A DNA stretch of 64,000 bases, taken from NCBI RefSeq assembly GCF_001194135.2, contig NC_068989.1, positions 88,220,236 through 88,284,235 of the forward strand. The letters run 5' to 3'. This document shows positions 13,741 through 26,125 of the stretch, one piece after another; positions within the stretch are counted from its first letter, which is position 1; each line of letters begins with the position of its first letter. The notes under the pieces are model-generated. The model worked only from the letters and a program-made list of their open reading frames with translations. It was not told the origin of the DNA and made no database searches. The position numbers were made by a program, and so were the translations under genes. This DNA is from Octopus bimaculoides. Lineage: Eukaryota.

Positions 13741-14521
13741 CACATGTGTGTATATACACATACATGTGTATGTATGTATATGTGTGTGTACACATTAATA
13801 CACATAGAGAAAGAGATGAAGATATGAAGGAAAAAAAATAACTCAAAGACAAAAAGACAGATCACGTGTGTGTTTGCACGCGCACATATACAGGCATATA
13901 TAGCGAGAGAGAGAGAGAGAGAAAGAGAAGAGGAAAGATAGACAATGGCATTGAGAGCCAAAGATGATGAAAAACTAAATTTCAGGCCAATTATGCTTTC
14001 TGTTGTTCTTAATAAATTGTGAAAAGAAAAGGAAAAAAACAATCATCATCATCATTCTCATCTGTTGGCCACTGATCACTACCACTGTCACCACCACCAC
14101 CATGCTAATTACAACTTAAAGGGACTTGCAGTAGCAATTTCTAAGGATAATGGCAATGGAGCCCTTCCCAAGCAATTCCAATTGAAAATTGGGCCTTTAA
14201 TATATTTGCCAGCATTCGAGGTCATCTGATGCCTTGTACTGTAATAATAATGAAACCCATGGTGACTTAACTGTGCTAGAAATAGCAGCCCCCTATCACA
14301 CTCTGACGTCTTAAAAAATGAAGATCACATTGGATAATGTAGTTCAAGATAGACTGTTTCTGTAGGAAAAAAAAAGACAATTCCTTTGAAATATCATCTC
14401 TATGCTACATTTCAAATGGTTTTAGCTCTGATCTTTGTCAGGGAGTTTGTCTTGAAACAAGTGAATTGATCAAAAATGGCTCCGTTATTAAGCCCTGTCC
14501 CTAGTCCTGAGCTAGTCTTTT

Positions 14522-14685
14522 CTAGGCACAAGGCCCGGAATTTTGGGGGAAGGTGCCAGTCGATTAGATCAACATGAAAGGGAAAGTCGACCTTGATGGA
14601 ATTTGAACTCAGAACATAAAGACAGACGAAATACCACTAAGCATTTTGCCCGGCGTGCTAACATTTTTGCCGGCTCGCCGCCTTG
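14522..14685 (-). mobile_element. SINE family B, internally deleted
   Basis: ggcacaaggcccggaatttt..gccggctcgccgcctt. Confidence 0.8.
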
Positions 14686-15155
14686 AAGCCTTCAGATAAT
14701 GCATGATTAATTCAAAAATTATGTAAATAAATAAGCCTTACATTTGAAAGAATGATCTAGATGCTAAAGAGTTAACTCTTTCGTAACCATATTTCAGCCG
14801 AAATACATTACCTTTATTTCATTGGATTAGTAATAAGAAATCTTATCAAATTCTTGACTGTTTCCAAGATCTCACTTGAGCCCACCCACTCTCAGTCTTA
14901 CGATACAAAACTTCTGATTCAAAAACTGGTCATATTTAAATTAAAACCTTCCATCATAACCTTATTTAACCCCTTTGGATACCAACCCACCTGAGACTGC
15001 CCTTGATTCTATGATACCTACGTCATGTTTTAAAGTGATTGAAATCAATAACTTCCATCAAAATTATTGTCCCAAACACCAGCTTAATAACAGCAAAATT
15101 ATTTTACTAAATTCTTCATTAATTTCAAAATTAATTGAAAGAAAGTCAATGTATA

Positions 15156-15317
15156 GGCGCAGGAGGGGCTGTGTGGTAAGTAACTTGCTTACCAACCACA
15201 TGGTTCCGGGTTCAGTCCCACTGCATGGCACCTTGGGCAAGTGTCTTCTACTATAGCCTCAGGCCGACCAAAGCCTTGTGAGTGGATTTGGTAGACGGAA
15301 ACTGAAAGAAGCCCGTC

Positions 15318-15353
<36 letters not shown>

Positions 15354-15750
15354 TCATCATCATCATCATCGTTTAACGTCCGCTTTCCATGCTAGCATGG
15401 GTTGGACGATTTGACTGAGGACTGGTGAAACCAGATGGCAACACCAGGCTCCAATCTAATTTGGCAGAGTTTCTACAGCTGGATGCCCTTCCTAACGCCA
15501 ACCACTCAGAGAGTGTAGTGGGTGCTTTTACGTGTATGTGTGTTTGTGTGTCTGTGTTTATCCCCCAACCATCGCTTGACAACCGATGCTGGTGTGTTTA
15601 TGGTCCCCGTAACTTAGCAGTTCGGCAAAAAGAGACTGATAGAATAAGTACTAGGCTTCCAAAGAATAAGTCCTGGGGTCGATTGTCTCGACTAAAGGCG
15701 ATGCTCCAGCATGGCCGCAGTCAAATGACTGGAACAAGTAAAAGAGTATT
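15156..15750 (+). mobile_element. SINE A with an oppositely oriented SINE C inserted at its internal (TA)n (C at about 15351-15533)
   Basis: A head 15156-15320, (TA)n/(CAT)n, C body, then A tail 15540-15750. Confidence 0.88.
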
Positions 15751-15844
15751 TCAAGAGAAATACAGTAACAAAAGGATTACAGATATCTTCTGTTACAGAT
15801 ACCAGCTTGAAAATGACAAAGATATTATCTTCTTATTTTGTGAA

Positions 15845-16060
15845 GAAGGCAGCGGGCTGGCAGAAACGTTAGCACGCTGGGCGAAATGCTTAGCAGTATT
15901 TCATGTTTTTACGTTCTGAGTTCAAATCCCATCAAGGTCGACTTTGCCTTTCATCCTTTCAGGGTCAATAAATTAAGTATCAGTTGCATATTGTGGTCGA
16001 TCGAATCGACTGGCCCCCACCCCCAAAATTTCAGGCCTTCTGCCTAGAGTAGAAAAGATT
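15845..16060 (+). mobile_element. SINE family B
   Basis: aaggcagcgggctggcagaaacgttagcac..aggccttctgcctagagtagaaaag. Confidence 0.85.
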
Positions 16061-16454
16061 CTCATTTTGTGAAGGAATTTAGTGGTTTGGGTTATTTTGC
16101 TCCTGAGTTCAATTGTGTCCTTGAGCAAGGCACTTTATTTCACACTGCTCCAGTCCACTCAGCTGGCAAAAATGAGTAGCACAAAAATGAGTAGGACCAG
16201 CCATGCCATATTCTGTGTCATGCTGAATCACCCTCCGAACTACATGGAGTAATCAGTCGCTTCCATGTTTACTTCACGAGCAGGCTGTTCCATTGATTGG
16301 GTCAACTGGAACCCCCCATCGTCATAACCAATGGAGTGCCAGTTACGTGAGTGTGAGTGGTCACTCATTGATTACGTAGGTTTAAGAAAGTGCTTATAAG
16401 TGACAATGTGAGATTAAGTGTAAACTTTTCGATGGTTTCCTGAGTTTAAATGCA

Positions 16455-16812
16455 TGTGTGGTAAGAAGTTTGTTTCTCCATCACATGGTTCCTAGTTCAG
16501 TCCCACTGCACGGCACCTTGGGTGAGTGTCACACAGTCATGTACGCAAGCTCCAAGGTGCATTCACATGGGTTGACGAAAGCTTGTCATACGTGTGTCTG
16601 TCTTTGTATTTGGCCCCACCACTGCTTGACAACTGGAGTAGGTTTGTTTATGTCCCCATAACTTAGGGATTCGGCATAAGAGACCAAAAGAATAAGAGCC
16701 AGGCTTTAGGAAAATAAGCACTGGGCATCACCTCTTTGACTCAAATCCTATAAGGCATTGCCCCAGCATGGCCACAGTCCAAAAACTGAAGTAAATAAAA
16801 GAAACAAAAGAC
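16455..16812 (+). mobile_element. SINE family A, degenerate
   Basis: gtgtggtaagaag..ggcaccttggg..ccagcatggccacag..aagtaaataaaag. Confidence 0.75.
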
Positions 16813-18517
16813 ATCTCTGAGTGGCGATATGAGTTTAAGTGCTGGTTCTGGTTGTACCTGTGGCCTTGAGTGTAGCTTCTCACTCAACACACGAGATTGA
16901 GTGAGTAACTTCTGACTGCAAATGTGCTTCAGTATAGCTTAGTGCATCCGAGTGTGAGTGCACACTGGAGCTTGCATACACGAGTGTGAGTGAGTTCTTC
17001 AGAGTGCAGGGCTGTGTTTCTGGTGCATGGCTTGATCTGACAGTATGCTGCATTCAACAGATTGCACATTTGCACCAGTAAACACACAAGTATGCACACA
17101 CTTGCACTCATACCTATGTGAATGAATGAATGAAGGCCCAAACATCACGCATTTCATAAATTACTAAACAAAACTGTATCACTTATTTCCTTCTCCATTT
17201 ATTGGTGGAGTGAAATTTCATTCAAATATACTGAATACTAATTTAATCCACACAGAAAAGACCTCTTTCTTTCTTTCTCTCTCTCTCTCCACACACACAA
17301 ACACACACATGGTCCCTCACACACACACACACACTGAGGGTTGGTTACAAAGCAGGATGTGAATAGTGAAGCCTATCTATTTGGTGGGAGTAGGGTAGGT
17401 GGAAGAAGGGTGAATGTAAAGTGTTGTGAAGGAGGGGATGGAGAATTGGTGGGGGGTGGCCATGGGAAGAAGCAGTAATGCTGGCAGTGATGTTGGTAGA
17501 ATACACGTAGTGGTGATTGTGGTGGTTGTGATGGAAAGTTATTGCAGTTTAGCCAGATAAGAGAGAGAGAGAGAGAAAGAGAGAAGGAGAGAGAGAAAGA
17601 GAGATGAGAAGCTGTAGAAATTCATTACAGTAAAGAAACGCCATTAAATTCTTGATCCACCATTGAAATTTGACAGAGTAAATAGGTAAACTGATAACAG
17701 ATGGAGTTAATAAATATATAATAAACATACATACATGAATATATATATATTTATACACACATATATAATCATTTGATATACATATACATTTCTCTTCCCC
17801 CCACCAACTATCTATGTGTATGTGTATGTATGTGTGTGTGTGTGTGTGTATTTGTATAAAGACACACACACATGCACAAGTATATATAAATATGTGTATA
17901 CACACACACACACACACACACACAATATAATATGTATCGTATATAATATGCATCGGCATCGTTTTTAAGTCCACTTTCCATGCTGTCATGAGTTGGATGA
18001 TTTAGAAGGACCCAATGGGTCATTAAGACCAACCCTTGCTCCAGTATTCCTGCTTTGGTCTGGTTTCTAGGGCCAGATGCCCTCCCTGACAACAACCACT
18101 TTACAAAAATGTACTGGGTACTTTACTCATGGCACCAGCATTAGTGAGTCCACAAAATCAAAAAGCCCCCTTGAGTTAGAAGGGGGATAGGATATAGGGT
18201 GGTAGGGCTTTTTGAGAGGGGTTCAAGGGTTAAAAAGTATGATGGGAAGAATAGGAACAGGTTTGTTGTGGTGGAGAAGATTCATAGCCGTGGCTGGATT
18301 GGTGCCAGTTGAGCGAACTGGAACAATGTGTAGTGAAGTGTTTTGCTCAAGAACACAACATATCACCGGATCCGGGAATTGAAACCACAATCTTACAATC
18401 ATGAGTGTGACACCCTAACCACTAAGCCACGCACGCATGCACACACACACACACACACATCCAGTTTACTCCCAGTAAAGAGGTGTGGTTGCTGCTGTAC
18501 CTGATAGTATTACCAGT

Positions 18518-18580
18518 TGTGATATACAGAACAAATATAGGACAAACTTCTGTGATATACAGAACAAATATAGGACAAAC
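18518..18580. repeat. 33-bp tandem duplication
   Basis: tgtgatatacagaacaaatataggacaaac at 18518 and 18551. Confidence 0.92.
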
Positions 18581-18778
18581 ATAAAGCAATAAAGTTCCCC
18601 TGAAAAACTATTGTAGATCTGCATCCAATTGCAGTATGAGCACCCACTGCAGAGGATGCAAATAGCCACAATGGTGAAACATGCATAGGGAGCAAATGGT
18701 ATAAACTGCATATTCTTCCTCTCTCTCTCTCACACACATACAGAACTTACTGAACAGACAATAATGAAGATGACAAAC

Positions 18779-18840
18779 CTTGAAATATTCATTAATTTTT
18801 TTCCCATTGGCTTCTGGACGTACCACCTTTAAAACTGCAC
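18779..18840 (-). CDS. TLK: Tousled-like kinase, next coding exon (62 nt; G-AVLKVVRPEANGKKINEYFK)
   Basis: Acceptor tttgtttcag, donor AAG|gtttgt; only one frame is open and it is phase-compatible with exon 31082-31166. KKINEYF corresponds to the conserved TLK motif (HKISDYF in vertebrates, KKINEYF in insects, from recall). Confidence 0.88.
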
Positions 18841-19641
18841 CTGAAACAAAAGACACGATATTTAAGAAAACATCAAAGCGACATAAATAACTCAATGAGT
18901 AAAATGGCAGCTTGACCTGCTGGGAACAACAGCAAAATATCCTTCCCATTACACCCTATAGTCTTTAATGATAAAAAGGACGCATTGAATAACGTAATCT
19001 TACATAAGCTCTGTATGAAAAACAAAGCCATGGATCAGGACTGACCTGTAGTCCAACAACAGTAAACAGAACCTGAGGCAACATAACAATATGTAAAAAA
19101 CAAGCAGTAACAAAACATGTCTATATTGTCCTGTTACCAATTTTGAACCTCCGCAAAATCCCAAATTATTTAATTCGCTTTGCAGAAGCAACTGTTTTAT
19201 CGAAAGCGTACATTGTTGTCAAATGCTCGAAATATGAGACTAGAAAAACAGCCAATAACTGATGAAGGGTCGTTCCTTATGTTATTTGCTTTGTTTACGG
19301 TTTGTGTCTTTCATTGTTGGAAAGAATAGTTCATGCTCCATGTACCACACTGTGTATGTGCATATATATATATATATATACGTATAGATGTAAGTATGTA
19401 CAAATACATATGTATATATGCATATATATATAATAATACTATAAAAAGAGACATCCGCTGAAGTGAAATCATATTTGAAAAACCTACAAGAATAGGTGCA
19501 AGCGCTAATATTTATAAAACGTGTGACATATTAATAAAAATCTGTAAATGTACAACCATCCAGATATCTGAATACCTTATTATTTTTTCTAATATATAAT
19601 TCCTGTACATCACCTCCAAATCTTCCAATAAATGTTTATAT

Positions 19642-20469
19642 NNNNNNNNNNNNNNNNNNNNNNNNNNNNNNNNNNNNNNNNNNNNNNNNNNNNNNNNNNN
19701 NNNNNNNNNNNNNNNNNNNNNNNNNNNNNNNNNNNNNNNNNNNNNNNNNNNNNNNNNNNNNNNNNNNNNNNNNNNNNNNNNNNNNNNNNNNNNNNNNNNN
19801 NNNNNNNNNNNNNNNNNNNNNNNNNNNNNNNNNNNNNNNNNNNNNNNNNNNNNNNNNNNNNNNNNNNNNNNNNNNNNNNNNNNNNNNNNNNNNNNNNNNN
19901 NNNNNNNNNNNNNNNNNNNNNNNNNNNNNNNNNNNNNNNNNNNNNNNNNNNNNNNNNNNNNNNNNNNNNNNNNNNNNNNNNNNNNNNNNNNNNNNNNNNN
20001 NNNNNNNNNNNNNNNNNNNNNNNNNNNNNNNNNNNNNNNNNNNNNNNNNNNNNNNNNNNNNNNNNNNNNNNNNNNNNNNNNNNNNNNNNNNNNNNNNNNN
20101 NNNNNNNNNNNNNNNNNNNNNNNNNNNNNNNNNNNNNNNNNNNNNNNNNNNNNNNNNNNNNNNNNNNNNNNNNNNNNNNNNNNNNNNNNNNNNNNNNNNN
20201 NNNNNNNNNNNNNNNNNNNNNNNNNNNNNNNNNNNNNNNNNNNNNNNNNNNNNNNNNNNNNNNNNNNNNNNNNNNNNNNNNNNNNNNNNNNNNNNNNNNN
20301 NNNNNNNNNNNNNNNNNNNNNNNNNNNNNNNNNNNNNNNNNNNNNNNNNNNNNNNNNNNNNNNNNNNNNNNNNNNNNNNNNNNNNNNNNNNNNNNNNNNN
20401 NNNNNNNNNNNNNNNNNNNNNNNNNNNNNNNNNNNNNNNNNNNNNNNNNNNNNNNNNNNNNNNNNNNNN
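19642..20469. other. Largest assembly gap (N run)
   Basis: Other gaps at about 8526, 12582-12726, 27882, 29415, 32587-32813, 34347-34700, 35245-35622, 36993-37178, 38187, 47471-47870, 49371, 55379-55439, 56611-57280 and 61968-62496. Missing TLK exons could lie in these gaps. Confidence 0.99.
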
Positions 20470-20544
20470 TTGGATGTTAACATCCCTTTTTAAGAGGTAT
20501 CTGTATCCTCAAAATAACTATACACACACACACACACACACACA

Positions 20545-21090
20545 ATCATCATCATCATTTAACGTCCGCTTTCCATGCTAGCATGGGTTGGACGATTTGT
20601 CTGGGGACTGGCGAAGCAGATGGCTACACCAGACTCCATTTTGGCAGAGTTTCTACAGCTGGATGCCCTTCCTAACACCAACCACTCCAAGAGTGTAGTG
20701 GGTGCTTTTTACATGTCACTGGCACGAGGGCCAGTCCAGCGGTACTGGCAACGGCCATGCTCAAATGGTGTTTTTCACGTGCCACCAGCACACACACACA
20801 CATCATCATCATCATTGTCATCTAATGTCTGCTGTCCATGCTGGCATGGGTTGGATAGTTTGACTGGACTGGCAAGCTGCACCAGACTCCAGTCTGACTT
20901 GGCAAGGATTTCTTCGGCTGTATGCCCCTCCTGTAATGGGTGCTTTTATATGCCACTGGCACAGGTGCCATTTGCGTGACACCAGGGTGCATTTATATAC
21001 CACCGGCATGGGTCCCTATTTGCATGGCTTGGTGGGTCTTCTTTTCAAGCACAATATAATGCCAAAGGTCTCAGTCATTGCCTCCATGGG
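20545..21090 (-). mobile_element. Two adjacent SINE family C copies ((ATG)n-tailed, aggaagggcatccagctgtagaaac core)
   Basis: catcatcatttaacgtccgctttccatgctagcatgggttggac..ctacagctggatgcccttcctaac..gggtgcttttac; the family recurs more than 20 times. Confidence 0.85.
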
Positions 21091-21095
21091 GCCCA

Positions 21096-21128
<33 letters not shown>

Positions 21129-21964
21129 TATATATATACACACATGTGTATCATGTGATTGATTAGATTATCAGATGTTGTTATACATCAGGGGTCATGA
21201 TGTGCTTTGCAAAGTTTTAGCTTTTGAATGGTGCCACCCCACTGGCTAAGCAAACAGGCCGACATTCACCCTGATTGGAAGGCTACTCCATAGCAACATG
21301 AGATAAAGTGTTTTGCTCAAGAACACAACATGCAACCAATCTGGGAATCGAAACCATGATCTCATGATTGTAAGTGCAACACACCTAACCACTGGGGTAC
21401 ATACCTTCACACACAAACACACAGGGTTAAATTTGTTTAAGGTTTCTTGATTTCTTGAGGTTTTGAAGTACATATTTATTTCTGTATTGCCCACAAGAGG
21501 CTAAACATATAGAGGGGACAAACAAGGACAGAGAAAGGGATTAAGTTGATTACATCGACCCCAGTGCGTAACTGGTACTTATTTAATCGACCACCGAAAG
21601 GATGAAAGGCAAAGTCAACCTCAGCAGAATTTCCCCCAAATAATAACAATGAAACAATGATGACAAGCTAAAAATGATAATTGCAATGTGGTACTAAGAT
21701 CTGCTAGAAATAATAGCCAAATCTCCCTTAAATCACTTCAACTAACTATCTTAAAAAGAAAATACAGGACAGACTGGAAAATATAGTCATGATATGCAGA
21801 AATATTATATACAAAATAAAAAGAAAACAGGATGGTCACAGTTGGAACTCTTTTCCTCATGGGTCTGTTTGATTAGGGTGGGAGTGATGGACAGGCTGAC
21901 CTAGGGCTAAACAATAACAGCAACAACAACAGTGGAATAATTAGTGTTGATAATAATTGCTGCT

Positions 21965-21993
21965 TATGCCATTCCTGTTGTTGATAATGACAG

Positions 21994-22028
<35 letters not shown>

Positions 22029-22694
22029 GCGGTGGTGATGGTGATGAAAATGGTAGTGGTGGTGGTGATGATGATGGTGATAATGATGATGATGATAGTG
22101 ATAGTGATGTTAGAGATGATAATGATGATGATGATGATTATGATCATGATTATATTGCTGGTGATGACAAAGGCGGTGGCGGCAGCAGTGGTGGTGGTGC
22201 TGCTGCTGTTGATGATGATGATGAGGAGGATGGTGATGCTGGTGATGCAGATGATGATGATGATGATGATTAATCCAATTTCATATATTTATTTGTTTTT
22301 AACAAATGAAATAATCAATATTTTCCAGCAAATTACTTGCTATATCACACACTGAGCATAATTCAGCCAATTATGGCAGCTTTTAATGACTCCAATCAAC
22401 AGAGATACTCATTTACACACTTATTTACTTATGTTGTTGTTGGTGTTGTTGTTGTCGGATGTATTTTGGAAGACACACTCTGCTGATGATAGAGTTGTGT
22501 GATATAATGAAACATCGAGGCTACGATAAATGAATGATGGTGTTTGAAGGTGTATAATGACAGGGTAGTGGTGGTGGGTGTAATGGTGGTGGTGGTGGTG
22601 GTGATAGTATTAGTGGTGGTGGTGATAGTAGTAGCAGTAGTGGTAGTGGTGGTAGTGAAAGTGGCAGCAATGGTAGTGGTAGTGCTGGTGGTAG

Positions 22695-22733
<39 letters not shown>

Positions 22734-22830
22734 GGGTGGTAGTAGTGGCAGGGGTGTTGATTACGATAGTAGTGGTAGTTGTGGTGATAGTAGTTTGGTG
22801 GTGGTTGTACACATAATATCTTAAGGACAG
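21965..22830. repeat. (GAT)n/(GGT)n/(GTA)n trinucleotide low-complexity blocks
   Basis: Direct reading; similar blocks at 24960-25630 and 40270-40760. Confidence 0.95.
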
Positions 22831-23414
22831 TGTTGTAGTTGCAGTTGTTCTTGCCTCACACAGCAGGCAGCAAATTGGCAGAGTGAGTAGAGCATCAGAC
22901 AAAATGCAGCTCAAGTCCTGATTGTGGTGCTTTGAGTTCAAATCTCAACCAAAAATAACTTCTCAATCATTGACCCATCAAAATTAATAAATAACAAATG
23001 GACCAATCTAGTTTAGCAAACTGTCGGGAGCATCGGACGTGACGGTTCTTAGGTCCATCGTGAAGCCTAGGACATAAAGGGCTGGAGCTTAACCTACTTT
23101 CCATTCCCCACTGGATGAGACACCAGTCCATCACAGGGTTGACTTCCCAGCTATTGCTGGATTTCATTTACAGCTGAGTGGACCGGAGCAATGTGAAACA
23201 AAGAACTTTCCTCAAGAACACAATGTACTGCCCAGACTGGGAATTGAAACTACGACCTTATGACTGAAAGTGCAACAGTGTAACTGCTAGGCTGAATGCC
23301 TTCACCTTTACACAGCATCTATTCCAGATTTTTTGCATTCAGCATTCCAATTCAACCCTGGCCTTTTTGGCCTGGAGATTTAACCCATCCTTTGGTCCTT
23401 GGATGCCTTTAGTG

Positions 23415-23530
23415 CAGTGGTTCTCAGCCAGGGACCCCATGACTCAGGGGAGGAGCTCATATGATCCTTGGGGGTCCATATAAGATTTTGTTGCTTAAAT
23501 TTATGTGCAATAAATTGATTACAATGACAA
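23415..23530 (+). mobile_element. hAT MITE fragment (left end)
   Basis: Starts cagtggttctcagcc, similar to the 43115 element. Confidence 0.5.
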
Positions 23531-23956
23531 AAAAGGTTAACCCTCTAGCATCCAGATCATTCTTTCAAATGTAAGGCTTATTTATTTACATTTATTTACA
23601 TGCCTTATCTGAAGGCTTCAAGGCAGCAGGCTGGCAGAAATGTTAGCAAGCCGGGCGAAATGCTTAGTGGTATTTAATCTGTCTTTATGTTCTGAATTCA
23701 AATTCCATTGAGGTCAACTTTGACTTTCATGCTTTCGGGGTCAATAAGTTAAGTACCAGGGTTGTTCTAATTGACTAGCCCCTTCCCCCAAAATTTTGAG
23801 CCTTCTGCCTAGAGAAGAAAAAAAATTATCTGATAGTTTTGATGGTATCGTTGTATATTGTTAAAATGGCTTGGTAGGGTAGGTGTGAGAGGCCAAACCA
23901 GGCTGGTTTTAGATACAACAGGTAGAATATTTGGGCTGGATATGGTTGGTTTAAAT

Positions 23957-24192
23957 CAGTGGTTCTCGGCCAGGGTCCATATGTCTATATAAGATTCTGT
24001 TATTAAAATTTATCCACAATAAATTACTTCCACAATACACAAAATATTTTCATTTCTTAATAAAATTCCTAATGATATTTAATTATAAAAATAGAAGAGG
24101 ATTTTTTTTTATAGCGACAGCGAATGGCTGTGAGGGTCCAGTAGAGTGAAATAGGGATCAAAGGGGTCTATAGGCAAAAAATGGTTGAGGCA
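23957..24192 (+). mobile_element. hAT MITE, right end eroded
   Basis: Starts cagtggttctcggcc and ends ..aaaaatggttgag. Confidence 0.55.
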
Positions 24193-26030
24193 AAGTGGCT
24201 GAGTTCCTTTTGAACATTGGGCCTGATGGAGGCAAAGTGGCCAAATTTCTTTCAAGTGTTGGGCTTCATGGAGGCAATGACCAAGACCTTTGGCATTATG
24301 TCATGCTTGAGAAGAGAAGAAGACCCATCAAGCCGAGCAAAATCGCAGTCATGGCAGATACCAGTGTCACACAAATTGGCTCCTGTGCTGGAGGCATGTA
24401 AACGTACCCCGGTGTCACACAAATGGCACCTGTGCCGGTGGCAAGTAAAAGCACCCATTACACTCTCAGAGTGGTTGGCATTAGGAAGGGCATTCAGCCG
24501 TGGAAAACCATGCCAAATCAGACTGGAGTTTGGTGCAGCCTTTCAGCGTGCCAACCCAGTCAAACAATCCAACCCATGCCAGCATGGACAACGGATTTTA
24601 AATGATAATGATGATGATGAACCACAGCCTTAGTAGAATCCCCACCTGCTGCAAGAATTCAGATTGGGGACACCCTCCTCTCTCTCTTCCACTGCTATCA
24701 GAAGCCCTGCAAAGGGTCAAGTGCAGTGCCCTTAACACTGGCTAACCAGTGGAGTGGTGGTGTCACAACCACAATTCTATGTATAACGTTGAGAGTTTCA
24801 CACTTCAACAACAGAAACTAAACAGAAATATGAAGGTGCAGGTAGAGACGGATAGTTTAGAACTCAGCTTCCCAACCAAATGGTTCTGGGTTCAGCCCCA
24901 CTGCATGGCTGACCAAGGGTTAAACGATAATGACAGTAACAATAGAGGAATAACAGTACTGATGACAATTGCTGCTTCAACTGTTCTTGTTGATGACACT
25001 GACAGTGATGCTGATGATAGTGGTGGTGGTGGTGGTGATAGTAGTTAAAGGGAAGAATGAATTAATTAAACAAGAAACATAGGTCAAGGACAGGGCAAGT
25101 CTCTAAATAGAATGACAGCGATGATGATGTCAAGGGTGACAATAATAACGATGGTGATGATAATGATGATGATGGTGGTGATGATGATGATGATGAGGAG
25201 GAGGAGGAGGAGGAGTAGAAGGAGGAGGAGAAGGATAGCACTGATGCAGAATACTAGTGTCGGCAACATGTGGTAATGGTGATGACGACAATAACATGGA
25301 GCATAGGTAACAGAAGAAGCCATGTGATGGCCCAAGAAGCACAGGTGTTAGAAAGGAAGGAAAGAATGCATCGTTAATAGGGATGACCCTTTGTGTCAAG
25401 TAGGGGTGGGAGAGCAGAGGTGGAGGGGAGGGTCTCTATAATGGGTGGAGAAGAAGTGCCATTGAGCAATGGCACAATGATGTAGCTGGGATGTGGAGAC
25501 GGTCTCTTGGAGCTGTAATGACATAATGGTGGCAGCAACAATGACACTGGTGGTGGTGGTGATGATAGTAGTAGCGATGGTGGTGGTGGTGGTGGGGTGG
25601 CAATGATAAATCAAGTACCAACAGGGGGTGTGGTGTGGTGTGGTGTGATGCAGAAGATGAGGTCCAGTGAGGAGAATAAATGGGATGTTTTGCTCATTTA
25701 GTGAGCAAATTACAGTTGTTGTTGTTGTTGTACTAATTATTGTCTGTGGGGTTGTCGAACGGGAGTCAAAAAAGGGTGTGATTATGTTCCTTAGCTCAGG
25801 TGAGCCCTGATGGGGCCCAGATTGCATTATCACATTGGTAGGGATGGTGACAGTGCCATAAGGAATCCCAGAGTCATTTTTTTTTATAAGGAATTTTTTT
25901 TCCTTTAAAGGAGGGTGGATGTTGGGGTGGGGGGGAAGAAGAGTCTTGGCATCTTGGGAGTTTCAAAAACTGACAGCGCCACAGGATGCAGTGACGGAGG
26001 TGATGGTGGTAATGAAGAAGATTGTGGCGG

Positions 26031-26125
26031 TGGTGATGGAGATAGAAGCGAGAGTGGTAGTGGTGGTGATGGAGATAGAGGCGAGAGTGGTAGTGGTGGT
26101 GATGGAGATAGAAGTGGTTGTGATG
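26031..26125. repeat. 33-bp tandem repeat, about 3 copies, inside a (GGT/GAT)n block
   Basis: ggtggtgatggagataga(a/g)gcgagagtggtagt repeated. Confidence 0.85.

Noticed and set aside
15425-15919. Recurrent peptide AEFLQLDALPNANHSESVVGAF in many ORFs
   Set aside because: It is the translation of SINE family C, not a gene family.
17625-17692. Possible minus-strand exon FTYLLCQISMVDQEFNGVSL after the second TLK exon
   Set aside because: Weak donor (gtaatg) and no resemblance to the expected TLK continuation (SPIRHGGAKSPSP-like).
19215-19335. CTGATGA..GAAA hammerhead-like spacing
   Set aside because: Stem II closing pair, stem III and stem I do not form in this copy; at most a decayed Penelope-like fragment.
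19512-20483. Long ORFs across N runs (also 34308-35839, 47363-47926, 56523-57397 and 61823-62592)
   Set aside because: These are artefacts of assembly gaps.
21941-22941. Poly-Asp/Met/Ile/Val/Thr ORFs (likewise 25084-26468 and 40108-40798)
   Set aside because: These are translations of trinucleotide repeats, open in several frames on both strands.
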